64,000 nucleotides of DNA from Candidatus Marinacidobacterales bacterium (lineage in GTDB: Bacteria; Acidobacteriota; Vicinamibacteria; Marinacidobacterales; SMYC01): assembly GCA_965237955.1 (NCBI GenBank), contig OZ250169.1, positions 2,560,001 to 2,624,000 of the forward strand. Reading direction: 5' to 3'. Positions 1-7,514 of the stretch are shown here, piece by piece (position 1 is the stretch's first letter; the number at the start of each line of letters is the position of its first letter). The notes under the pieces were generated by a model. That model saw nothing but the letters and a program-made list of their open reading frames with translations, made no database searches and was not told the origin of the DNA. Made by a program: the position numbers and the translations under genes.

Positions 1-1473
1 GTCCGAATGAAAGAGCGGGCGCAGGAAGTTGTCGGGATCGGGGAAGTCGGCAAACCAAGTGTTCTCTCGGAGCACCGCACGATCTTTGAGCTCGGGCGCA
101 TCGAAATTGATGAACTGTTCAGTCTCGACGAGGCGTACTTGAACTCCGACTTTGGAAAGACAAGCGATGAGGCAGCTGTCGCGGGCCACCGAGCCCGGAT
201 CGCGAACATAGAACACCGGCAGCTCGAGCGGCGGTAGGCCTTCTCCATTGGGGTAGCCGGCCTCTCGGAGAAGCTCCCGGGCTTTGTCGAGGTTCTGACC
301 CAAGTGCGATTCCTTCGGAATGAACCCCGGAATACCGGGAGGCACAACGCCGGTCGCGGCCGGGATACCCGCGGTGACACGGTGCGCGTCGAGAAAGGCC
401 TGTTTGTCGAGCGCGAGATTGATCGCGAGTCGTACTTTTGGATTGTCGTACGGGGGGACATGGTTCGGAAAATAGAGGTAGTGCAGCGCGAGGAACCGAT
501 CGGCTTCGACCGATACCCAATCGGCGTCGTGCTCGACCTGGTTGATCTCGAGACAGTCGGCCACTTCGTGAAGCGGGCGCGCTTCAACTTCATACTCGGG
601 CGAGTTCCCAAAGGCGCGGAACACGATCGCGTCGAGATGCGGCCGGCCTTCGAAGTACAGCGAGTTCGCCTCGAAACGGATCCCCTGGCGCACGCCGTCG
701 ACGCTCGGGACCCCCGGGTCTTCGGAGGGCTCGATCCACCTCGAAAACTGGAACGCACCGGTTCCGATTGGCGCTTTGAAAAACGCGTCTCCTTGCTCGA
801 GCACCTCGTCCTTGGGAAGGATCTTCGAGGAGTACATGCTGAGAACGGAAAGAGCGGGCACGAACGGGGTCACGAACGTGATGCGAAACCGATTTTCGCT
901 GAGCGCTTCGAGACCTTTAACGTGTTTAGCTCGACCTTCGTGGAAAGCGGAAGCGCCTTCGATCCGGCTGAAGTAGCTGTAGTTGTGATCGTTTAGTCCC
1001 TGGGTCAGCAACCGCTCGAAGCTGAACGCGCAATCCTCTGCGGTGACTTTGCGTCCGTTGTGAAAGCGGGCGTCGTCACGGAGCTCGAACGTGTACGTCT
1101 TGCCATCGGGAGAGATCTCCCAGAACTTCGCAAGCGCGGGCACGATGTTGAGGTGCTCATCGAACGCGATCAGGCCGTCGTAGAGCTGCTGGATGAGCAT
1201 CACGTCCACAGTGAAAATCGCTTGGGCGGGATCCAGCGTGTACATCGGTCGGAACAGCGGGTATCGAAAGACGCCACCCTGGACCGGCAGCTCGATGAGC
1301 TCGTCCGCTCCGGCGAAGCGGTCGCTCATGGTCCGCTTTTTGACCAAGCGCGTCGCAAACGCGGTGAGAAGGAACAGTGCCAGCAGGGCCAACGGGATCA
1401 ACCATGCGCGTTTGCGACCCAGACGACGCGGAGATCGAGCGTCCTCGGCAGATGGGTCGGTGTTGTCAGTCAT
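1..1473 (-). CDS. ABC transporter substrate-binding protein, family 5 (OppA/DppA-like); runs off the window start
   Basis: Not in the ORF track. Manual translation from ATG 1473: MTDNTDP...RAWLIPLALLALFLLTAFA (membrane anchor)...TLDPAQ...QLYDGLIAFDEHLNIVPALAKFWEISPDGKTYTFELRDDARFHNGRKVTAED, the SBP_bac_5 signature region. Confidence 0.9.
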   Translation of the reverse strand, partial: MTDNTDPSAEDARSPRRLGRKRAWLIPLALLALFLLTAFATRLVKKRTMSDRFAGADELIELPVQGGVFRYPLFRPMYTLDPAQAIFTVDVMLIQQLYDGLIAFDEHLNIVPALAKFWEISPDGKTYTFELRDDARFHNGRKVTAEDCAFSFERLLTQGLNDHNYSYFSRIEGASAFHEGRAKHVKGLEALSENRFRITFVTPFVPALSVLSMYSSKILPKDEVLEQGDAFFKAPIGTGAFQFSRWIEPSEDPGVPSVDGVRQGIRFEANSLYFEGRPHLDAIVFRAFGNSPEYEVEARPLHEVADCLEINQVEHDADWVSVEADRFLALHYLYFPNHVPPYDNPKVRLAINLALDKQAFLDAHRVTAGIPAATGVVPPGIPGFIPKESHLGQNLDKARELLREAGYPNGEGLPPLELPVFYVRDPGSVARDSCLIACLSKVGVQVRLVETEQFINFDAPELKDRAVLRENTWFADFPDPDNFLRPLFHSD

Positions 1474-1524
1474 CGTGGCGCGTCCCTGGGGCGGTGGGCT
1501 CTCCTGAGGCCTAGATTAGGGTAA

Positions 1525-1665
1525 CCGCTCTCCAAAACCAAATCTGATCAGGCCCAGGTTCCTGCTTCATAGAGGAGCGTTTCACTTCGGCGTATACCGA
1601 AGCCAGAGCGCTCCTCTCCACAGGCTTGAGGTCGCGCAAGTTCGTGGAGCTCACCGTACGAAAAA
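1525..1665 (-). ncRNA. Candidate TnpB omega-RNA (reRNA) scaffold at the element right end
   Basis: Minus strand ACGGTGAGCTCCACG...GCCTGTGGAGAGGAGCGCTCTGGCTTCGGTATACGCCGAAGTGAAACGCTCCTCTATGAAGCAGGAA...TTTTGGAGAGCGG. It has a nested hairpin (AGAGGAGCG/CGCTCCTCT, CTTCGG/CCGAAG) and the CCTGTGGAG...AAGCAGGAA layout typical of tnpB 3' ends. Confidence 0.6.
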
Positions 1666-2004
1666 GATTAGCGCTGCGTTCAGGTCTCGATCTCTTTCCG
1701 AACCACACTCCTCGCATCGAAACTGACGCTCTGCCAAAGTCAGGTCTCTATTCAGCACACCGCACTCACAGCACGTTTTCGAAGACGCGAACCAACGGTC
1801 GCACACCTCGACGTGATTGCCGCGAAACTCCGCCTTGTAGTGGAGCTGTCGGCGAAACTCGTGAAAGCCCATGTCCGCAATCGCTCGCGCCAGGCGCCGA
1901 TTCGCCAGCATGCCCTTCACGTTCAGATCCTCGATCGCTATGAGCTGAATTTTGTGGCTGAGCGTCGTTGGGCGTGTGCAGTGCAGCGCTTTCACGGGAT
2001 CCAA
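1651..2004 (-). pseudogene. tnpB: TnpB C-terminal fragment (RuvC-II, Zn finger, RuvC-III)
   Basis: IAIEDLNVKGML, SSKTCCECG...CEECG and DRDLNAA are present; the N-terminal part including RuvC-I is absent. The tail NLFRTVSST...KPVERSALA...SMKQE continues in another frame (frameshift near 1670). Confidence 0.85.
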
Positions 2005-2128
2005 AGTATAAGTAAATGTTAGGAGTATGTCAGCAGCTCAGAAATCTGATTAAACTAAACAGATATAAGTAGATAGAAACAGATATCTAGCCTAGCAGCT
2101 GTTACTAGCCCTAGGCCCCGCGCGAGTT

Positions 2129-2277
2129 GTCCGGCATCCGGCATTCGGCATCCAGCTCAATTTTGGCGCCGTGCCGGTGAAGGACGCGTCGCATAGCAGC
2201 TGGGCGTTGCTCGTTTGTAGGCCGTTGTTTACCGGCATAATGCTGGTGTGAACGGGATGCCGGATGCCGATGCCGAC
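2129..2277. repeat. Inverted 7-mer tandem repeat element (CCGGCAT units)
   Basis: GTCCGGCATCCGGCATTCGGCATCC ... GGGATGCCGGATGCCGATGCCGAC, ending at the stop codon of the PhzF-family gene. Confidence 0.75.
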
Positions 2278-3188
2278 TACAACCGCAGTTTACCGTCTGC
2301 CACTTCCACTGCTTTCCCGCCGACGCGGACTTCGACCGGACCTTTCGCGTCCGTGTCGACTTCCACGTGGATCGAGCTGGGCCGCCCCATCTCGTAGCCC
2401 TGTTCGACGAGGATGTGCGCTGTGGGCTCGGCCTTCACCAGACCGCGACGGACCAGGTAGGCTCCGAGCGCACCCGCGGCGCTCCCGGTCGCGGGGTCTT
2501 CGGTGATGCCCATCGTGGGTGCGAACATCCGTGCATGCACCGTGGACTCGTCGTGCACGCACTCGCGGGTGAAGATCATGAACGAATCCGAGCGCGTGGT
2601 GGCGAGAACTTTTCTCATCGCGACCAGGTCGAGCTCCATCTTGTCCATGTGGCGGAGCGAGCGCGCCGGTACCATCAACTGCGGGACTGCCGTGGAAACG
2701 ACTTGCGCGGGAAGGTCGTCGGGCAGAAGCTGGTCCTCGGACAGCCCGACGGAGTCGGCGAGGAGCTTTCGATCCGTGTATTCGTCGAAGAAACGCGGCG
2801 GAGACTGCGTCATCACCACTTGATCGACTTTACCGTCCTTGACGATGATGTCGACCGGGAGCACACCGGCGCCGCATTCCTGATGGATGCGGTTCGTGCC
2901 TTCCTCGAGAGAGATGATGCCACGCTCCGCGAGAATGAAGCACGTGCCGACGACGGGGTGTCCGGCGAGGGGCAGCTCGGAGCCCGGGGTGAAGATGCGG
3001 AGACGGAACTGGGCTTTCAAGTCGGTGGCGGGTAAAACGAAGGTCGTTTCGGAAAGGTTCATTTCCTTGGCGATGGATTGCATTTCTTCGGAGCTGAGCC
3101 CTTCGGCTTCGGGGAAAATGGCGAGCGGGTTCCCGGTAAAAGGGCGATCGGTGAAGACATCCGCCTGGATGAATTGATACTCCCTCAT
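2277..3188 (-). CDS. PhzF-family isomerase/epimerase-like protein
   Basis: DVFTDRPFTGNPLA, EMNLSETTF, RIFTPGSELPLAGHP, EDPATGSAAG and QGYEMGRPS motifs. Confidence 0.92.
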   Translation of the reverse strand: MREYQFIQADVFTDRPFTGNPLAIFPEAEGLSSEEMQSIAKEMNLSETTFVLPATDLKAQFRLRIFTPGSELPLAGHPVVGTCFILAERGIISLEEGTNRIHQECGAGVLPVDIIVKDGKVDQVVMTQSPPRFFDEYTDRKLLADSVGLSEDQLLPDDLPAQVVSTAVPQLMVPARSLRHMDKMELDLVAMRKVLATTRSDSFMIFTRECVHDESTVHARMFAPTMGITEDPATGSAAGALGAYLVRRGLVKAEPTAHILVEQGYEMGRPSSIHVEVDTDAKGPVEVRVGGKAVEVADGKLRL

Positions 3189-3231
3189 AGACGGAAAATA
3201 CTACCTCAAAAATGATGCCTGCGGTGAGTGC

Positions 3232-3579
3232 TTGAAGGAGCACTACTTGCTCAACCACGTGCTCGACCCGTCCCGACCGTTGGTCGTCTGGGGCGCAGGA
3301 CCTGTCGGGAAGCTCTGGGGCCGGAGGCTTTCAACCCGCCACTTCATCGAGGTCGATCCTCGGAAGGTGGGTCAGACGATCGGAGGCGCTAGCGTGATCT
3401 CGAGCGACGAGCTGACGCGCGTCAAGCGCACAGAGCGCTTTTTCGTGATCGTCGCGGTGGCATCGCTCAGCCGCACGCGCGACGCGAGCTCAACCTGGCG
3501 TCCCGCTCGTGACGAGATCCGAGACGAGCTCACTGCCGCCGGGTTCGAAGAGGTTCGCGATTTTGTTTGTGTCGCGTGA
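3232..3579 (+). pseudogene. Orphan C-terminal Rossmann-like domain resembling the tail of GT2 glycosyltransferases
   Basis: LKEHYL...VVWGAGPVGKLWGRRL...FIEVDPRKVGQTIGGASV...AGFEEVRDFVCVA; no convincing start or RBS, and no catalytic N-terminal domain. Confidence 0.55.
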
Positions 3580-3623
3580 GCGCATGAACCGGACCCTAAC
3601 CTGCTATCCTCTCGCGCATCCGG

Positions 3624-5285
3624 ATGCGAACGGTAGTCCTCTCCGCCACAGCACTCGTCGCCTACCTGTGGCTGTGCTTCGCCTGGTTCGATCATGACAA
3701 CGACTTCTTTCTCGCATCGACACCACCGATTCTGCCCGCCGCGCTCTTTGTAGTCGCACTTTTGGCGAGAGGGCTTCCTCGCTTCGCACGCGACCACTGG
3801 ATAGCGCTCGGTCTCGCGGTCGCGTCGTTCGGTAGTCGCCTCCCGTTTCTTTGGGGCGCGTACGGCCTGTTCAGCTCCGATGCCTCGGCTCAGGGGTTGA
3901 TGGCGCTCCACATCGTGGAGGGACGACACCACCCGATCTTTCTCTACAACTGGTCGTATGTCGGAAGCATCAAGGCGCACCTCACCGCCGCACTGGCGTG
4001 GGTGAGCGGGGAGCCCGTGATGAGCTTCGCCGCGGCTGCTGCCTTGATCTACGCAGCATTCACGGCGTCGGTCTATCTTCTCGCGCGCACCGTCGCTCCT
4101 CGGGCCGGGGCGCTGGTTGCCGCCGGCTACGTCATCGTCGCCCCCGGGTTTCTCACCGCGTGGGGCATGGGAAACGAAGGCAATTACGTCGACGTCATGC
4201 TGTTCGGCACGCTCATGCTCATGCTCGGAGCGCGCTTCATTAAGGATGAAGGGTCTGGGACGAAGACGGCGTTTTGGATGGGTGTCCTTGGAGGTCTGGC
4301 ATTTTGGACTCACATCCTTGCGACCTACTACCTACTGACCGCGGTCGGCGTCTTGGCGTTCCACCGTTTCGGGCGAGAGGCTTTCAACCGGCTCGCAAGC
4401 TTCGCCGGCGGTTTCATCGTCGGTGATTTTCCCGGAATCCTTTGGAACGCGCGCCATGAGTGGCTGAGTTTCCGCTGGTGGAGCCTCGATGCCGAGACCG
4501 TCGAGGCCTCGGATCGCCTGAGCCGAACCTTCTCGCAGCTAACAGAGGTCGGCACGACGTCGTTCGCGGTGCTGGCGGGATACTGGCCGCCCGAAGCGCC
4601 ACCTTGGCCGAGCGCCCTGTGGCACCTTACGTTGTCGCTTCTCATCCCCGCGGTGTTCGTCTTCTTCGCGTGGAAGCATCGGGCGCGTCTCCGCACGCTT
4701 TCACCCGAGCTCATGCTGGCAGGCTTTTCCGTGCTCGTCGTTCTCGTGTTCGCGCAGAGCAGTTTTGGGTGGATGACGGACGAGCCGCGGTATCTGTTGT
4801 TCCTGTTCTCGGTCGTTCCGGTGTTCCTCGGGACCGCCGTCGTCGCGCTGTGGCGATGGAAGCCGCCGGTGGCGGGCGCCCTCGTTGCCGCCCTCCTGTT
4901 CGTGAACGTGCGCGGGGACGGTCGCTACCTCGCGGTCGCGCTCGAAAGCGACGGCGTCAACCGTGACTTCGTCCAGCAGATCGAAGCGCTTGGGGTTCGC
5001 TACGTGCGCTCCGATTACCATCTTTCTTATAAGTACGTGTTCCTGAGCCACGGGCGCATGGTGTGGACCTCCGAGCTCGGCCCCGCCAAGACCGAGTGGT
5101 ACTACCCATTCCGAGACAAAGTGGCGAACGCCGAGGAAGTCGCACTGGTTCCTAGAAGCTTTCGCTTCGCCCGGCGAATACGGCGCCGACTCGATGCAAG
5201 CGAGATCCGCTACCGGCAGGAGGATCTACTGTATCCGGTGTTGTTCGATTTCAGCGAACCTGTGCGTCTGCCGGATCTACGTTAA
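3624..5285 (+). CDS. Polytopic membrane protein, GT-C (PMT/ArnT-like) glycosyltransferase candidate
   Basis: 553 aa with many TM segments; FSSDASAQGLMALHIVEGRHHPIFLYNWSYVGS in an early loop; PRYL motif. Confidence 0.7.
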   Translation: MRTVVLSATALVAYLWLCFAWFDHDNDFFLASTPPILPAALFVVALLARGLPRFARDHWIALGLAVASFGSRLPFLWGAYGLFSSDASAQGLMALHIVEGRHHPIFLYNWSYVGSIKAHLTAALAWVSGEPVMSFAAAAALIYAAFTASVYLLARTVAPRAGALVAAGYVIVAPGFLTAWGMGNEGNYVDVMLFGTLMLMLGARFIKDEGSGTKTAFWMGVLGGLAFWTHILATYYLLTAVGVLAFHRFGREAFNRLASFAGGFIVGDFPGILWNARHEWLSFRWWSLDAETVEASDRLSRTFSQLTEVGTTSFAVLAGYWPPEAPPWPSALWHLTLSLLIPAVFVFFAWKHRARLRTLSPELMLAGFSVLVVLVFAQSSFGWMTDEPRYLLFLFSVVPVFLGTAVVALWRWKPPVAGALVAALLFVNVRGDGRYLAVALESDGVNRDFVQQIEALGVRYVRSDYHLSYKYVFLSHGRMVWTSELGPAKTEWYYPFRDKVANAEEVALVPRSFRFARRIRRRLDASEIRYRQEDLLYPVLFDFSEPVRLPDLR

Positions 5286-5288
5286 TGT

Positions 5289-6449
5289 CTAAGGCCAGAG
5301 CCGGTCGTCCTCCAGGGTTTCGAAGAACCGTTTCAGCGGCCAGACCTCGATGCCGTCGCTCGTCGTCAAGCTCCGCGATCCTCCGTAGAGCAAGATGCGA
5401 CGCACGACCTTGGGGAGCTCTCCGATGGCTCTCAACCCCGACAGCATCGACGTTGAGTATCGGGACCGCGACTTGACCTCGACGGCGACGAAGCGGCGTC
5501 CTCTCTGGAGCAAGAAATCCACCTCGACTTTCGAAGCCTGTGTGGGAGACCAATAGAAGATGCCGTCGTACAGCTCGCGCTCCTCGGCGTAAGCTCGCAA
5601 CAGAGTCAGGACCCATCCCTCGAGGAGCGCTCCACGTTCCTCCGAGAAAACAGGACCGAATTGCTTCTTGACCGCGCGTACCAGACCCGGGTCGACCCAG
5701 TAAAGCTTCGGGTGTTTGCGCTCCCGCACGCGCAGCTTCGCTTCGAACGCGGGAAGCCTGAACGTCAGAAGAGTGTCCTCGAGGATGTCCAGGTATCCGC
5801 CAACCGTGGTTCGTGCCGTTCCCGAGTCGCGGGCGACGGCAGAAACGTTGACCACCTGGCCATGAAAAAGAGCCGCGATGGGAAGGAATCGAAGGAATCC
5901 CGGAAGATTGCGGACCAAAGCCTCGCCGCGGATCTCCTCTTTCAAGTACATCTGAACGTAGGCGTCGAGAACGGTCCGCTTGTCGTCCGCGCACCAGATG
6001 AGCGGGATACTTCCGGAACGGAGCACTGGCTCGAGCGAGAAGTCTTTCCCGAGCTCGGCTGGAACAAAAGGGAACATCTGCCTGCGTACGGCGCGACCGG
6101 CCAGCAGATTCGTTCCTGCCGTCTTCAGCTTGCGGGCACTCGAGCCAAGGAGGGCGAACCGAAGTCTTCGCTCTTCGATGAAACGGTGGACCTCATTGAG
6201 CAGAGACGGGATCCTCTGAACCTCGTCCACGACCACCCAGCTCCCCTTGCGAACCCCTCGAAGCTCCTCCGCGAACAAGGATGGATCCGCCAACAAGCTT
6301 TGGTAGAGGGACTCATCGAGAAGGTCGAACCGATGAGCGCCCTTTAGCTGCTCTCGGGCCCAGGTGCTCTTGCCCACCCCGCGCGGTCCGAAAAGAAAGA
6401 AGCTCTGGCGCGGCGGCATGGCGAGTCGGTCATAAACTGTCTTGTCCAC
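5289..6449 (-). CDS. AAA_14 ATPase with C-terminal DUF4143 (PD-(D/E)xK-like) domain
   Basis: Walker A GPRGVGKS, Walker B VVVDEVQ, LLAGRA, HPKLYWVDPG, EVDFLLQRGRRFVAVEVK. Confidence 0.9.
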   Translation of the reverse strand: MDKTVYDRLAMPPRQSFFLFGPRGVGKSTWAREQLKGAHRFDLLDESLYQSLLADPSLFAEELRGVRKGSWVVVDEVQRIPSLLNEVHRFIEERRLRFALLGSSARKLKTAGTNLLAGRAVRRQMFPFVPAELGKDFSLEPVLRSGSIPLIWCADDKRTVLDAYVQMYLKEEIRGEALVRNLPGFLRFLPIAALFHGQVVNVSAVARDSGTARTTVGGYLDILEDTLLTFRLPAFEAKLRVRERKHPKLYWVDPGLVRAVKKQFGPVFSEERGALLEGWVLTLLRAYAEERELYDGIFYWSPTQASKVEVDFLLQRGRRFVAVEVKSRSRYSTSMLSGLRAIGELPKVVRRILLYGGSRSLTTSDGIEVWPLKRFFETLEDDRLWP

Positions 6450-6453
6450 AGTA

Positions 6454-6480
6454 TCGTCATTTTACCATGAAAAATGACGA
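6454..6480. promoter_or_regulatory. 10-bp inverted repeat (candidate operator) just upstream of the AAA ATPase
   Basis: TCGTCATTTT-ACCATGA-AAAATGACGA, 4 bp from the start codon. Confidence 0.45.
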
Positions 6481-6550
6481 CATACTCTACAGTGATATCG
6501 ACCCGCTAGGGTAAAGTCACTTTTTCCTGCTGATTTTCTTGGCGGGCGTT

Positions 6551-7006
6551 TCACCATTCCAACGAAGTCACAGTTAGAACCGCCGAACCCGGATCATCCG
6601 ATAGGACCGTCGCGTACTTGCCGGGCCAGCGACGGACGAGCTGCGGGCCGTCCATCAGCAGAACAATAACGAGGTTGGGGCCCACTGAGCGGATTACCGT
6701 TCTTAAGGGAAAGGGCACTACAAGCAGGTTGAAACTATCGCTGTTGGGGTCGATCGTGTTCCACATGCGCCAGACTGTTTGAACATCTCCGACTGGTGGC
6801 AACAGAGCGAGGTTGTGCGAAAGCGAACGAAGAGTGCAGCCGACCTGCGGTGTTCTGGTTTTCGGCTGCACACAAACCTCCTGCCGTGGAACCTCGTAGC
6901 AAATGCTGGACGGTAATTCGAGCAGACGGTCTTTGTCCGGTAGATCGTGCTGCTCGAACAGAATATCGGCGAAAGGTCGTTCTTCTTGAGCTCCCACAAA
7001 TCCCAT
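6551..7006 (-). CDS. Hypothetical protein or degraded remnant
   Basis: 151-aa ORF in a segment that looks lower in GC than its neighbours; no motif recognised. Confidence 0.3.
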   Translation of the reverse strand: MGFVGAQEERPFADILFEQHDLPDKDRLLELPSSICYEVPRQEVCVQPKTRTPQVGCTLRSLSHNLALLPPVGDVQTVWRMWNTIDPNSDSFNLLVVPFPLRTVIRSVGPNLVIVLLMDGPQLVRRWPGKYATVLSDDPGSAVLTVTSLEW

Positions 7007-7031
7007 GCCCGTGTCTCTGCGCTTCTCCGTG

Positions 7032-7481
7032 TCAGCTAGCCTGTGAGTCCTGTCCCAGCCTTGTAGCGCGCCCCCGGAGCACGCTTTGGATCTCCGACAG
7101 CGGGTAGAGGCGGCCCCGATCGATACCGTGGCAGAACTGCTTCAGCGCTTGCCACGCTTCGGGTGTTTCGAGGTTCTCGCGCCAGAACGGAAACGTACGG
7201 CACTGGCGTGGCCTCGCGGGATAGACGGTGCAGCCATCGTCCCAGAAAATACAGTCGCCGTTCGGTTTTAGACGCAGCACCGGTTCCCCGTTTTCGTCTT
7301 TCGTGAGAAACCGCTTCTTGAACTCGCGTTGGCCGAGCCCGAGAAACCGGCAAATGCGCTCGATCTGTTGCGGGCTGGCGTAGACCCAGCCGGGCTGCGC
7401 TCCGCGGCAGCAGTTATTGCACTGATGACACGAGAACTGCAGTCCGTCCGCGTGCCACGAAGCTGTTCGCTGCGTTCCCAA
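7032..7481 (-). CDS. YkgJ-family cysteine-cluster (CxxCxxCC) protein
   Basis: FSCHQCNNCC, GDCIFWDDGCTVYPARPRQCRTFPFW. Confidence 0.9.
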   Translation of the reverse strand: MGTQRTASWHADGLQFSCHQCNNCCRGAQPGWVYASPQQIERICRFLGLGQREFKKRFLTKDENGEPVLRLKPNGDCIFWDDGCTVYPARPRQCRTFPFWRENLETPEAWQALKQFCHGIDRGRLYPLSEIQSVLRGRATRLGQDSQAS

Positions 7482-7489
7482 GACGGAAC

Positions 7490-7505
7490 ATTATAAAGCT
7501 ATAAT
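7490..7505. promoter_or_regulatory. Back-to-back TATAAT -10 boxes for divergent, near-leaderless genes
   Basis: ATTATA-AAGC-TATAAT in a 33-bp intergenic gap; start codons lie 8 and 9 nt downstream on each side; no SD sequence. Confidence 0.55.
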
Positions 7506-7514
7506 CACGGGTTC

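Larger units (their letters stand above)
1525..2110 (-). mobile_element. Internally deleted, non-autonomous IS607-type element
   Basis: Bounded by GG on the minus strand at both ends (CC at 1525-1526 and 2109-2110). The left end is AT-rich with AGATA at 2061, 2071 and 2081, and AAATCTGAT occurs near both ends. It contains a tnpB 3' fragment. Removing it rebuilds the palindrome TAGGGT-A-ACCCTA. Confidence 0.75.
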
